Of a DNA stretch of 64,000 nt, positions 1 to 8,546 are shown piece after piece. A program made the position numbers and the translations under genes. Below the pieces are notes generated by a model. It was given only the letters and a program-made list of their open reading frames with translations, did not search any database and was not told the DNA's origin. The stretch covers positions 44,427 to 108,426 of the forward strand of contig JAZKFH010000006.1 of NCBI GenBank assembly GCA_040386535.1. The letters run 5' to 3'. This stretch comes from Myxococcota bacterium. Its GTDB lineage: Bacteria > Myxococcota_A > UBA796 > SXON01. Each line of letters opens with the position of its first letter. Position 1 is the first letter of the stretch.

Positions 1-342
1 GGGGCCCAGGCGCTCCCGCTCGGTCCAGATCACGCGGTACCACGCGCGCGCGAACGTGTTCCACGTCAGGCTGGCGTGCCAGGGCAGGTAGGCCCGGAAG
101 TCGTGCCCCGTCTCCGCGGAGGCGCGCATCAGATCGAGCAGGTAGAGCTGATCCCCGCTCTCGGCCCGGCCTTCCCGCAGGCCCTCGGCCGCCTCGTTCC
201 CGAGCGCCGCCTGCACCTCGCTCCACAGCGGGAGGGCGGTGTCGAGGGCGCCCTGGGCGCCGGACGGCCGCGCCGACTGACGACGACGCGCCGTTTCCTG
301 GGCGTTCGAAGCGGCTTGATCGCGGGTCAGGGCTCGTTGCAT
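1..342 (-). CDS. hypothetical protein, 5' part only (runs off the window start)
   Basis: Read manually: ATG at 342 with GAGGA upstream, open to position 1 (MQRALTRDQAASNAQETARRRQ...VQAALGNEAAEG...), GC3-rich codons. Confidence 0.6.
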   Translation of the reverse strand, partial: MQRALTRDQAASNAQETARRRQSARPSGAQGALDTALPLWSEVQAALGNEAAEGLREGRAESGDQLYLLDLMRASAETGHDFRAYLPWHASLTWNTFARAWYRVIWTERERLGP

Positions 343-444
343 GGACGCCGGTCCTCGGTGCGCGGGAAGCGCGGATTGTACCGTGGGGAGGTAACGCGGG
401 GGCCGAGAATCCGGGGGTCCAGGGGTGGGCGGGAAGCGCGCGGC

Positions 445-3381
445 TCAGCCCCGGCGCCGCCGCATCCCCAACGCCGCCACGAGCAACAACGCCGCGGGCC
501 CATAGCCACCCGGTCCGGCGGCGCTCGTGCAGCCGCAACCCCCCTCGTCGTCTACCTCGTCGGGGTTCCCACCTTCGGCGGCGTCGGCCCCGTCGCAGTC
601 CTGGTCGATGCCGTCGTCCGGGACGTCGGTGGCGGTGGGGTGCACGGTGTCGTCCGTGTCCTCGCAGTCATCGCCGCCGCTGGCCAGGGCGTCGTGGCTG
701 TCGCCGTCCTGGTCGTCGTCGGAGGCCCCGTCGCAGTCCTGGTCCACGCCGTCGTACCAGGTCTCGGCCGCGCCCGGCGACACGTCCGCGCGCGTGTCGT
801 CACAATCGGGGCCACCGGCCTCGGCCGCCACGGAGCCGTCCTCGTCCACGAGATCGGTGCCGTCGCAGTCCTGGTCGATGCCGTCGTACGCGATCTCGAT
901 CGTGGGCAGGGCCCGCGTGGCGTCGGCATCGTCGCAGTCGTCCGCGTTGGCGACGTAGCCGGCGGGCGCATCGCAGGCGTCGACGTCGGCGCTGGCGTTG
1001 CCGTAGCCGTCCCCGTCGGCGTCGCGGTACCAGGTCACGGCGCCGACGGCGGCGTCGTCCACCCCCCCGTCACAGTCCTCGTCGCGCCCGTCGCACGTCT
1101 CCGTCGCGCCGGGGTGGATGGTGGGATCGCCCTCGTCGCAGTCCGCGTCGCTCGCCCAGCCGTCCGCGTCGTCGTCCGTGTAGGCGGCGCCCGCGCCGCC
1201 GTAGGCGCCGATGTCGCTGCGGGTGCCGTCCACGTCCGTCCACTCGGGGGTCCCGGCGTCGACGAGGAGGGAGTCGGCCGCGAGGAGCAGCGAGTCGTTG
1301 TCGCAGTCGCCGTCGAGGGTGTAGTCGGCGAGGCCGGGATCGACCGTCGTGTTGCCGAAGGAGCTCGTGGAGAACGTGAACGTGCCCGAGCTGTCGGCCG
1401 AGGTGTTGTCGTAGAAGTTGTCGTACGAGGCGCGTACATACGCCCCGGACGTGGCGTCGGAGGCGTGCAGTGCGCCGCCGTCCTGGGTGTAGGCGAAGAT
1501 GTTGTTGATCAGGTCGCCCTCGGCCGAGGCGAAGTACAACCCGCCGCCCGACGCACCGGCGTCGTTTCCGACGAGCGTGTTGTTCGTGAGGCTCCAGGCG
1601 TCGGTCGTGGTCACGTAGAACGCCCCGCCGTTCCCGTTCGCCACGTTCTCCTGGAAGACGTTGTTGGTCCAGGCGGCGGCGCCGCTGTCCTCGTCGTAGA
1701 CCGCACCGCCCGCGTACGCGAGGTTTCCGCAGAACCGGGAGTTGTCGACCGACGTGGTCGTCGACGACGTGGTGTAGACCGCGCCTCCACCCTCCCCCGC
1801 GTTGAACCCCGCGCTGTTCTCCACGAACCGCGCTCGGGACATCCTCAACGTGATGCTCTCGCTGTACAACCCGCCGCCGTTGGCGTCCGCGACATTGCCG
1901 TCGAAGGACACGTCGGCGACGTCGAGCGTGCCGACCCGCACGTACGCGCCCCCGCCGTTGTTCTCCGTCGAATTGTCCGTGAACGTGGCGCGCCGGAGGT
2001 CCGCGACCGTGCCGCTCAGGAACAGCGCGCCGCCGAGATCGCCCGCGACGTTGCCCACGAACACGAGGTCGTGGAGCGTCGCGTCGTCGGCGCTGTAGAC
2101 GTACAGCCCGCCACCACTCTGGTAGGCGCTCGCTTGGTTTCCGGTGAAGGTCGAGTCGAGCACCGAGACGGTGCCCGCGTCCAGGATCGCGAGCGCGCCG
2201 CCGTTCTCACCCTCGTTGTCCTCGAAGGTGCACGATGCCACGGAGGCGCTGTCGGGCTCCAGGTGGACGGCACCGCCGGCGAGCGCGCTGGCGTTCCGCC
2301 GAAAGGTGGAGTCGGAGAGCGTGACCGAGTCCATGTCGACCGCGTAGATCGCGCCGCCGTACATCGACTCCTGGTCGTCGAACGTGCTTCCGGTCACGGA
2401 GAGGGTGCCGCCGTCGGCGTAGATGGCGCCGCCACGGTCGTCCGCGGCGTTGGAGTCGAACACGGAGTCGGTGATCGTGACGGTGGCGCCCTCGGAGTAG
2501 ATGGCGCCGCCTTTCCTCTCCCCCAGGTTGTCCGTGAACGTTCCCCGGATCACGGTGAGCGTCACCTCTCGGTCCACCTGCAGGGCCCCACCCTCGAAGG
2601 CGTAGTTGTCGGTGAAGGCCACGTCTTCGAGCACGATCGCGCTGCTTCCCGTCGCGACGATGGTGCCGCTCGAGCCCGAGCTGGAGGACGATGTCTTTCG
2701 GTTGTTCTCGAACACGTCGCCCACGGCCGTGAACGACACGTCGGAGAGGTACATCCCGACCGCGACCGCGCCGACGTGGTCCGCCCAACGGGTGTCCCGG
2801 TAGTTGATCGTGGCGTATTGCGCGGAGAGGCCCCGCTCGGGGCCGCTGATCGTGCACGCGTCGAGGTCGAGCGTCACCGCCTCGGTCTCACCGCGGGCGG
2901 ACAGCCACGATTCCTCGTTCACCTCGGTGCGCGTGAGTGACAGGTGCGCGCCGTCCAGGATCGACACCCCGCTCGCCTCGGTGAACACGCTGTCCACGAA
3001 CGAGACCGTCGAGCCCAGGAACCGCGCGTCCGTCCCGACGCCTCCGGCCCCGGTCACGATCATGTCCTCGAACGCCGCTGTCGAGCCCTCGACGTAGATG
3101 CCGTTGAAGCCCGCGTTCGTCACCGTGAAGCCCATCATCGTCACGCTCTCGCCCTGAACGATGTTGATGGCGTTCTCGCAGAAGCCGCCCACGCCGATCT
3201 CGGTCGCGGCGCTGCCGTCCACGCCCACGATCGTGAGGTCCTTGCCGTCCGTGTCGAGGCAGTTCCAGTAGCTCCCGGCGGCGACCTCGATGGTGTCCCC
3301 ATCCGCAGCGTCGGTGATCGCGTCGGCGATGGAGACGTAGGTCGCGCCCCCGCCGGCGTCGACGGTGAGCGCCCGCGCGCG
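445..3381 (-). CDS. large surface protein: beta-helix/polymorphic-membrane-protein-like repeats, Cys/Asp-rich metal-binding repeats, MYXO-CTERM-like tail; N-terminal start missing
   Basis: Many GGAIY/FxxN repeats, DCDD...PGAxExCDGxDxDCDG repeats, C-terminal GGCGC + hydrophobic + RRRR tail. The frame stays open from the track start (3228) up to 3381. Confidence 0.85.
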   Translation of the reverse strand, partial: RARALTVDAGGGATYVSIADAITDAADGDTIEVAAGSYWNCLDTDGKDLTIVGVDGSAATEIGVGGFCENAINIVQGESVTMMGFTVTNAGFNGIYVEGSTAAFEDMIVTGAGGVGTDARFLGSTVSFVDSVFTEASGVSILDGAHLSLTRTEVNEESWLSARGETEAVTLDLDACTISGPERGLSAQYATINYRDTRWADHVGAVAVGMYLSDVSFTAVGDVFENNRKTSSSSSGSSGTIVATGSSAIVLEDVAFTDNYAFEGGALQVDREVTLTVIRGTFTDNLGERKGGAIYSEGATVTITDSVFDSNAADDRGGAIYADGGTLSVTGSTFDDQESMYGGAIYAVDMDSVTLSDSTFRRNASALAGGAVHLEPDSASVASCTFEDNEGENGGALAILDAGTVSVLDSTFTGNQASAYQSGGGLYVYSADDATLHDLVFVGNVAGDLGGALFLSGTVADLRRATFTDNSTENNGGGAYVRVGTLDVADVSFDGNVADANGGGLYSESITLRMSRARFVENSAGFNAGEGGGAVYTTSSTTTSVDNSRFCGNLAYAGGAVYDEDSGAAAWTNNVFQENVANGNGGAFYVTTTDAWSLTNNTLVGNDAGASGGGLYFASAEGDLINNIFAYTQDGGALHASDATSGAYVRASYDNFYDNTSADSSGTFTFSTSSFGNTTVDPGLADYTLDGDCDNDSLLLAADSLLVDAGTPEWTDVDGTRSDIGAYGGAGAAYTDDDADGWASDADCDEGDPTIHPGATETCDGRDEDCDGGVDDAAVGAVTWYRDADGDGYGNASADVDACDAPAGYVANADDCDDADATRALPTIEIAYDGIDQDCDGTDLVDEDGSVAAEAGGPDCDDTRADVSPGAAETWYDGVDQDCDGASDDDQDGDSHDALASGGDDCEDTDDTVHPTATDVPDDGIDQDCDGADAAEGGNPDEVDDEGGCGCTSAAGPGGYGPAALLLVAALGMRRRRG

Positions 3382-3783
3382 CTACCCCGGAAGCCGCTCG
3401 AAACCGGGCATTCCGTCCGGGATGTGGTGGAAGGCTTGCGCGTCGATGGTGTAGATCGCGATGGCGGGCTGAAAGACGGACGGGTCGTCGAGCGTCCCGA
3501 CCTTGAGGATGACCGCCGGGAACCGCGGACGCCGGGTGACGATGTGGGTGCCACAATCGGCGCAGAACTCGCGCGTCACGGGCCGATCCAGGTCGCTACG
3601 GCTGAACCGCTTGGGCTCCCCCTTCGTGTAGGCGAACCCGGCGATCGGCATGGCCAGGAAGAGGTTGGGCGCCCCGCCGGTGAGGTACTGGCACTCGCGG
3701 CAGTGGCATTGCGCCTTCATCAACGGCTCGCCCTCGGCCACGTACCGCAACGCGCCGCAGTAACAACCACCCTCGACTCTCAT
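3382..3783 (-). CDS. GFA family (glutathione-dependent formaldehyde-activating/CENP-V) protein
   Basis: GGCYCG, CHCRECQ and REFCADCGT zinc motifs; GGAGG before ATG 3783. Confidence 0.9.
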   Translation of the reverse strand: MRVEGGCYCGALRYVAEGEPLMKAQCHCRECQYLTGGAPNLFLAMPIAGFAYTKGEPKRFSRSDLDRPVTREFCADCGTHIVTRRPRFPAVILKVGTLDDPSVFQPAIAIYTIDAQAFHHIPDGMPGFERLPG

Positions 3784-3829
3784 GCTCGCCTCCGTGGTCT
3801 CGCGCCCTATCTCGGCCATCCCCCCCGCT

Positions 3830-4762
3830 TCACCCCCGCCAACAAACGCAGCGCGCGCACACCGGGTTGCTCGCCACCTCCAGCGCGCGGCGCTCGGGGC
3901 GGGCCGCCCGCATCGCCGCGCGCACGCCGTCCGCGGTCCCGGCGGAGGACTCGAGGAAGAAACAATGCCGCCATCCTCCCGTCGGATCGACGACGCCCGA
4001 GGTCCACGGCGCCGAGCACTTCGCGGGGTCGGTCCGCCCCTCGGAGAGCAGCACGAGCCGCTCCTTGGCGTACGTCGACATCACGACGAACGGATCGTCG
4101 CGCACGGCCGCCAGGAACGCCCGTAGGAGCGCCACCTGGTCGGGCCCAGGCCGCCGGCCGCGCTCCGATCCCCGCTCGCCGAAGCCGCCGCTGCTCGTAT
4201 CGGCCGCGAGGAGGCTCATCTCCGTGCACCCCGCCTCCCGCGCGGCCTCCCGGATCGCGCCGAGCTCGGGGATGTTCTCGGCCCACACGGTGACCCGCGC
4301 GTGCGCGTGGTGCCCGCCGAGCGCGCGGACGCCTTCCCGCACGGCGGTCAGCCCGCGCACGCCGCGCAGGCGCTCGTAGGTCTCCTCGGTGGCGGCATCC
4401 CAGGAGACGAAGACCCGCGCGGCGTGCGAACGAACGAGCGCGGCGTGTTTGCGGAGCGCCAGCCCGTTGGTGATCAACGAGACGGGCAGCTCTCGCGCGA
4501 GGGCCGGCAGGAGCTCCCCGATGTCCGGGTGCGCCAGCGGCTCGCCTCCGGTCAGCACGATCTCCGCGAACCCGAGCGCACGCGCCTCCCGCGCCAGCTC
4601 GATCCACCTCGACACCGGGAGCTCGCCCGGTTCCGGGTCACGAAAAGCGCACCCGGCGCACCGGCTCGTGCAACGGTGCGTCACGTCGAAGATGATCACC
4701 TCCGGCCGGATGAACCCCGTCGCCTGGAGCAGCTGGGCCCCGATCGCTCGCGCACCACGCAT
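3830..4762 (-). CDS. radical SAM protein with SPASM/twitch-like C-terminus
   Basis: CTSRCAGC (CxxxCxxC), TGGEP, ITNG, and C-terminal CSAPW...C...CARC. Confidence 0.9.
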   Translation of the reverse strand: MRGARAIGAQLLQATGFIRPEVIIFDVTHRCTSRCAGCAFRDPEPGELPVSRWIELAREARALGFAEIVLTGGEPLAHPDIGELLPALARELPVSLITNGLALRKHAALVRSHAARVFVSWDAATEETYERLRGVRGLTAVREGVRALGGHHAHARVTVWAENIPELGAIREAAREAGCTEMSLLAADTSSGGFGERGSERGRRPGPDQVALLRAFLAAVRDDPFVVMSTYAKERLVLLSEGRTDPAKCSAPWTSGVVDPTGGWRHCFFLESSAGTADGVRAAMRAARPERRALEVASNPVCARCVCWRG

Positions 4763-4930
4763 CGGGGGGGGCTTAGCACGGCGCCTGCGGTGCCTTGGCG
4801 GCGTGTGAGTAGAGGCACGGGCAGACGGACGGCCGCGGACGGCCGCCGCTGCGGCGGCCGGGGTGGCGGGGCGGGCGGGGGTGGCGGGGGTGGCGGGGCG
4901 GGGGTGGCGGGGGTGGTCCGCCCGCGCGCG

Positions 4931-5119
4931 GCGGGGTCATGCCCCTGCGAGTGCACGTTTTCCCGAGTCATGCCCGAGTGAATGCACCTCAGTGCGTGCG
5001 GTCCGGCGAACTCTCGGCGTTCGACCGTTGGCGCTCGGACCACGCCAGCCGCTGGAGGCTCGAGTTCGTGCACTCACGGGGGCATGACTTCGGAATCGCG
5101 GCGTTCATGGGGGCATGGC
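4931..5119. repeat. MITE-like element with inward-facing GTCATGCC/GGCATGAC motifs (copy 1)
   Basis: GTCATGCCC at 4936 and 4967; GGCATG at 5081 and 5112; related copy at 39375-39596. Confidence 0.6.
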
Positions 5120-5147
5120 TGCTGATGATGCCCGCGCGAGGGGGCCG

Positions 5148-5292
5148 GAGGGCAGCGCGGGGCACGCCCGGGCCCGGGCCGGAGGCACCGCCGTGTTCAC
5201 TGCCCCGCGGTGGTCCGCCCGCGCGCGGCGGGCGACGGAGGCCGAAGGCCGACCCCGCAGGCCACCGACCGCCGCCGCCTCGGCGGGGGTCG
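5148..5292 (-). repeat. dispersed GC-rich intergenic repeat (copy)
   Basis: Near-duplicate of 5970-6115 (GGGCGACGGAGGCCGxAGGCCGACCCCGCAGG...CCGACCGCCGCCGC). Confidence 0.75.
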
Positions 5293-5294
5293 CG

Positions 5295-5588
5295 CTACTC
5301 GTCGTCGTCAGCGAGCGGGCCCTCGGCCTGGCCCTTCTCGTAGTCGCGCTCGGCCTTGCGGATGGTCTCCTCCTTGGCCTCGCCGGGCTCGGGCGGCGGC
5401 AGGTCGGTGCCCGCGCGGCGCGCCTTCGAGAGCCCGATGGCGACGGCCTGCTCCCGCGACTTGATGTCGGGGTCGCCCGCCTTGAACTTCTCCATCTCCT
5501 CGCGCACGAACTCGCCCGCCTGCGTGGAGGGCGACTTGCCCTCGTCCTTGTCGGCGCGGGCGCGGTCGAGGGTGGACTTCTTCGGCAT
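5295..5588 (-). CDS. small DUF6496-like protein
   Basis: MPKKSTLDRARADKDEGKSPSTQAGEFVREE...QAVAIGLSKARRAG; GGAGG before ATG 5588. Confidence 0.8.
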   Translation of the reverse strand: MPKKSTLDRARADKDEGKSPSTQAGEFVREEMEKFKAGDPDIKSREQAVAIGLSKARRAGTDLPPPEPGEAKEETIRKAERDYEKGQAEGPLADDDE

Positions 5589-5685
5589 GGGGCCTCCAGG
5601 GGGAGAAGGTAGGCACGGCGCCTCGTGCGGGGGGGTGACGATGGGTGGCGGGAGCGGCGGCGTGAGTGGGCGGCGAGCGAGCGGC

Positions 5686-5893
5686 GACTTCGACCGTGTA
5701 TTGGACGAAGTCGGGGGACCTGTCGAACAGGTAGGCCGACTTCGACCGTGTGGCGGACGAAGTCGAGGGACCTTTCGAACAGGTGGGCGGACTTCGACCG
5801 TGTGGCGGACGGAGACGGGGGACCTGTCGAACAGGGGGGCCGAGTTCGACCGTGTGGCGGACAAAGGCGGGGGACCTGTCGAACACGGGGGCA
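5686..5893. repeat. tandem array, 4 x 52 bp, two hairpins per unit
   Basis: Units start at 5686, 5738, 5790, 5842 (GACTTCGACCGTGT...GGACCTGTCGAACAGG). Confidence 0.9.
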
Positions 5894-5969
5894 GATCCCG
5901 CTCGATCGCGGGCACGCCGCCGTCCTCCGCCGCGTCGCCGCCGACCGACCGCGCCGCGCGAGGCATCCG

Positions 5970-6115
5970 GAGGGCGGCGCGGGGCTCCCGGGAGCTCCGG
6001 CCGGAGGCCACCGAGGAGTCCACGCCCCGCGACGGTCCGCCCGCCGGCAGCGGGCGACGGAGGCCGGAGGCCGACCCCGCAGGACGCCGACCGCCGCCGC
6101 ATCGGCGGGGGGCGC
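5970..6115 (-). repeat. dispersed GC-rich intergenic repeat (copy)
   Basis: Near-duplicate of 5148-5292; lies just downstream of the ecfT stop. Confidence 0.75.
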
Positions 6116-6150
6116 GCCCCAGGAGGTTTTCAAGAAACGCTGCGAACCCC

Positions 6151-6963
6151 CTACATCCACCCCCGGACGAACGCGTACAACGGCCGCAACCCCGGCGCGT
6201 AGTACAGCTCGGCGCCGTAGAGCACGTAGAGGCCGCGGGCGCCCGTGGCGATCGCCGTCACCAGCACGGCGAGGCCGAGCCCGACGCCGTCCGCCCAGCC
6301 GAAACGCAGCGGCTCGCGCACGGCGCGGGGGGCGGTGGGGTGGAAGCCGCGGGTCTCGAGCGACTCGGCGAGGGCGCGCGCGCGGCGGAGGGCGCGGGCG
6401 ACGACCGGACGCAAGAGCGCCGCTTCGAGGGTGAGCCACGCCCAGGGGGTGCGCTGCCAGAGCGGGCGGCCGCGGTGGGCGCGGGCGTGGCGGACGGCGA
6501 GCAGCTCCTCGCCGACGAGCGGGACGAAACGCAGCGCGGTGGCGCCCATGAGCGCGATGCCGAAGGGCACGCGCATCGCCAGGAGGCCCGCCACGAGCCG
6601 ATCGGGCGCGGTGGAGAGCGCCACCCACAACCCCGCCGCGGTCAGCGCGAGGAACCGCAGCGACTGGACGAGGCCGTGCACGACGCCCTCGCGACACAGG
6701 ACGATCGACGGCTCGCGCGAGAGGACGAGCAGCGGCGTGCGCGGCCAGTCCGCCCAGAAGAGGCCCTGGGAGAGCGCCGTGGACCACGCGAGCAGCACGA
6801 CCCCGGCGACGAACCGCAGGCGCCAGCCGACGGCGCGCGGATGGAGCATGGCGGCGAGCGACGTGGTGGCGGCGAGCAGGCCGAGGGGCAGCGCGCCCTC
6901 GAGGCAGAGCACGAGCAGGCCGAGGCAGAAGAGCACGCCGAGGCGGGCGCGAGGGTCGGTCAC
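6151..6963 (-). CDS. ecfT: ECF transporter transmembrane component T (EcfT/CbiQ family)
   Basis: DPRARL start, ALRFVP, ARAHRG and LAESLETRGF motifs; GTG overlaps the upstream stop. Confidence 0.9.
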   Translation of the reverse strand: MTDPRARLGVLFCLGLLVLCLEGALPLGLLAATTSLAAMLHPRAVGWRLRFVAGVVLLAWSTALSQGLFWADWPRTPLLVLSREPSIVLCREGVVHGLVQSLRFLALTAAGLWVALSTAPDRLVAGLLAMRVPFGIALMGATALRFVPLVGEELLAVRHARAHRGRPLWQRTPWAWLTLEAALLRPVVARALRRARALAESLETRGFHPTAPRAVREPLRFGWADGVGLGLAVLVTAIATGARGLYVLYGAELYYAPGLRPLYAFVRGWM

Positions 6964-8546
6964 GCGGCCTCCACCCAGGCGAGGAGGGCGGCGGGATCGC
7001 CGTAGGGCACGCCGAGATCGGCGCAGACGCGCGCGAGCGGCGGGAGCGGGAGCGGCAAGCCGTTGGCCTCGGCGGCGCGGAGGGTGGCGAGCGGGGGGCC
7101 GTCCCCGACGATGCGGCCGCGGTCGAGCACGATCACGCGCGTGGCGTGCCGCAAGACGACGTCGAGGTCGTGGCTCGCGAACAGGAGCGCGCTGTGCGGA
7201 GTGGCGCCGGATGCGCCCCCCAGCGCCACCGGCAGCCCCGCGAGCATGCGGTCGACCTGGTCGCGATCCTGGCCGCTGGTGGGCTCGTCGAGGACGAGGA
7301 GGCGGGGAGCGCACGCGAGCGCCGCGGCGACGGCGGTGCGGAGGCGCTGGCCGCGCGAGAGGGCCTGGGGCGGGCGGTCGAGCAGGTCCGCGATGGAGAG
7401 GGCGAGGGCCGCGCCGGCCACCCGCGTGGCGACCTCGAGGCGATGCAGGCGCGCCTCGACGGGGCCGTAGGCGAGCTCCGCCTGGACGGTCTCGTTGAAG
7501 AGGGAGAGGTCGGGGTTCTGGGGCACCTCGACGAGGCGCCCGGCGCGCGTCACCCGGCCGCGGAGCGGACGCAGGCGGCCCGACACGAGGCCCAGCAGCG
7601 TGCTCTTGCCGGCGCCGTTGGCGCCTACGATCGCGACGCGCTCTCCGCTACTGATACACAGTGATACATCGCTGATACATGCAGGTTCGCCCGGCCATGC
7701 GAACGATACATCCGATACATGTATCACGGATGTTTCACGTGGAACGGGGGGCTCGGCAGGGGGATCGGTGGGCGCGAGGATGGATGCGCGCCGCCGCCAG
7801 ATACGCGTGCCGGTGTGCTCCGCGAGCTCGTCGAGCGCGGGGCCGTGGAGGCCGAGCGCACGCAGCGGGCCGGCGGAGGTGAGCGGATCGGCGACGACAC
7901 GGCCCTGGTCCATCAGCACGGTGCGTGTCGCGAGCGGCATGGCGATCTCGAGGCGGTGCTCGATACACAGGACGGCGACGCCCTCGTCGGCGAGGCCGCG
8001 CAGGAGGGTCATCACCGCCCGAGCACCCGACGGGTCGAGCTGGGAGAGGGGCTCGTCCAACAGGAGGGCGCGCGCGCCCGCGGCGAGAGCCGCCCCGATC
8101 ACCAGCTTCTGGCGCTGCCCGCCCGAGAGCGCGAACGGGGAGCGTTCGGCGCGCTCGGTGAGGCCGAGCTGGGTGAGCAGTTCTGATACACGGGCGGTGA
8201 TACATTCGGGCGCAAAGCCGGCGCTCTCCAGGCCGAACGCGAGCTCGGCGGCGCAGGTGCCGGCGACCACGGCGTCGTCGGGATCCTGCCCCACGAACCC
8301 GAGCGTGGCGACACGCTGGGCCGCGACGAGCGTGGCGGGATCGTGCCCGCCGACGGTGACGGTGCCGCCCACGCGCCCGTGGCCGTGCCGTTGGAGCAGG
8401 CCCGCCGCGAGCCGGAGCACGGTCGACTTGCCGCAGCCGGTGGGCCCCGTGAGCAGCACGAGCTCGCCCGGCGCGACGACCAGATCGATCGGGCCGACCG
8501 ACACACCCGCGGGGTAGCGGTAGCTGGCGCCGGCGAGATGAATCAC
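6960..8546 (-). CDS. ecfA: ECF transporter ATPase with two fused ABC domains
   Basis: GPTGCGKST/LSGGQ/LLLDEP and GANGAGKST/LSRGQ/LVLDEP; QDPD and QNPD Q-loops typical of ECF ATPases. Confidence 0.92.
   Translation of the reverse strand: MIHLAGASYRYPAGVSVGPIDLVVAPGELVLLTGPTGCGKSTVLRLAAGLLQRHGHGRVGGTVTVGGHDPATLVAAQRVATLGFVGQDPDDAVVAGTCAAELAFGLESAGFAPECITARVSELLTQLGLTERAERSPFALSGGQRQKLVIGAALAAGARALLLDEPLSQLDPSGARAVMTLLRGLADEGVAVLCIEHRLEIAMPLATRTVLMDQGRVVADPLTSAGPLRALGLHGPALDELAEHTGTRIWRRRASILAPTDPPAEPPVPRETSVIHVSDVSFAWPGEPACISDVSLCISSGERVAIVGANGAGKSTLLGLVSGRLRPLRGRVTRAGRLVEVPQNPDLSLFNETVQAELAYGPVEARLHRLEVATRVAGAALALSIADLLDRPPQALSRGQRLRTAVAAALACAPRLLVLDEPTSGQDRDQVDRMLAGLPVALGGASGATPHSALLFASHDLDVVLRHATRVIVLDRGRIVGDGPPLATLRAAEANGLPLPLPPLARVCADLGVPYGDPAALLAWVEAA
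7652..8204. promoter_or_regulatory. cluster of YGATACA motifs inside ecfA (putative protein-binding sites)
   Basis: Copies at 7652, 7662, 7673, 7704, 7713, 7720 (reverse), 7961, 8184, 8198. Confidence 0.45.
7731..7746. promoter_or_regulatory. parS centromere-like site
   Basis: TGTTTCACGTGGAACG matches the conserved parS palindrome TGTTNCACGTGNAACN. Confidence 0.75.

Noticed and set aside
57..72. parS-like TGTTCCACGTCAGGCT
   Set aside because: Only one half-site matches.
76..2940. 954-aa plus-strand ORF and similar long ORFs (8678-11416, 23912-26401, 43509-46202, 49436-51793)
   Set aside because: Antisense shadows of real genes, caused by stop-codon scarcity at high GC.
3382..3384. Pyrrolysine recoding of the in-frame TAG
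   Set aside because: No pyl genes in the window, TAG is a normal stop elsewhere, and GFA ends at its usual length.
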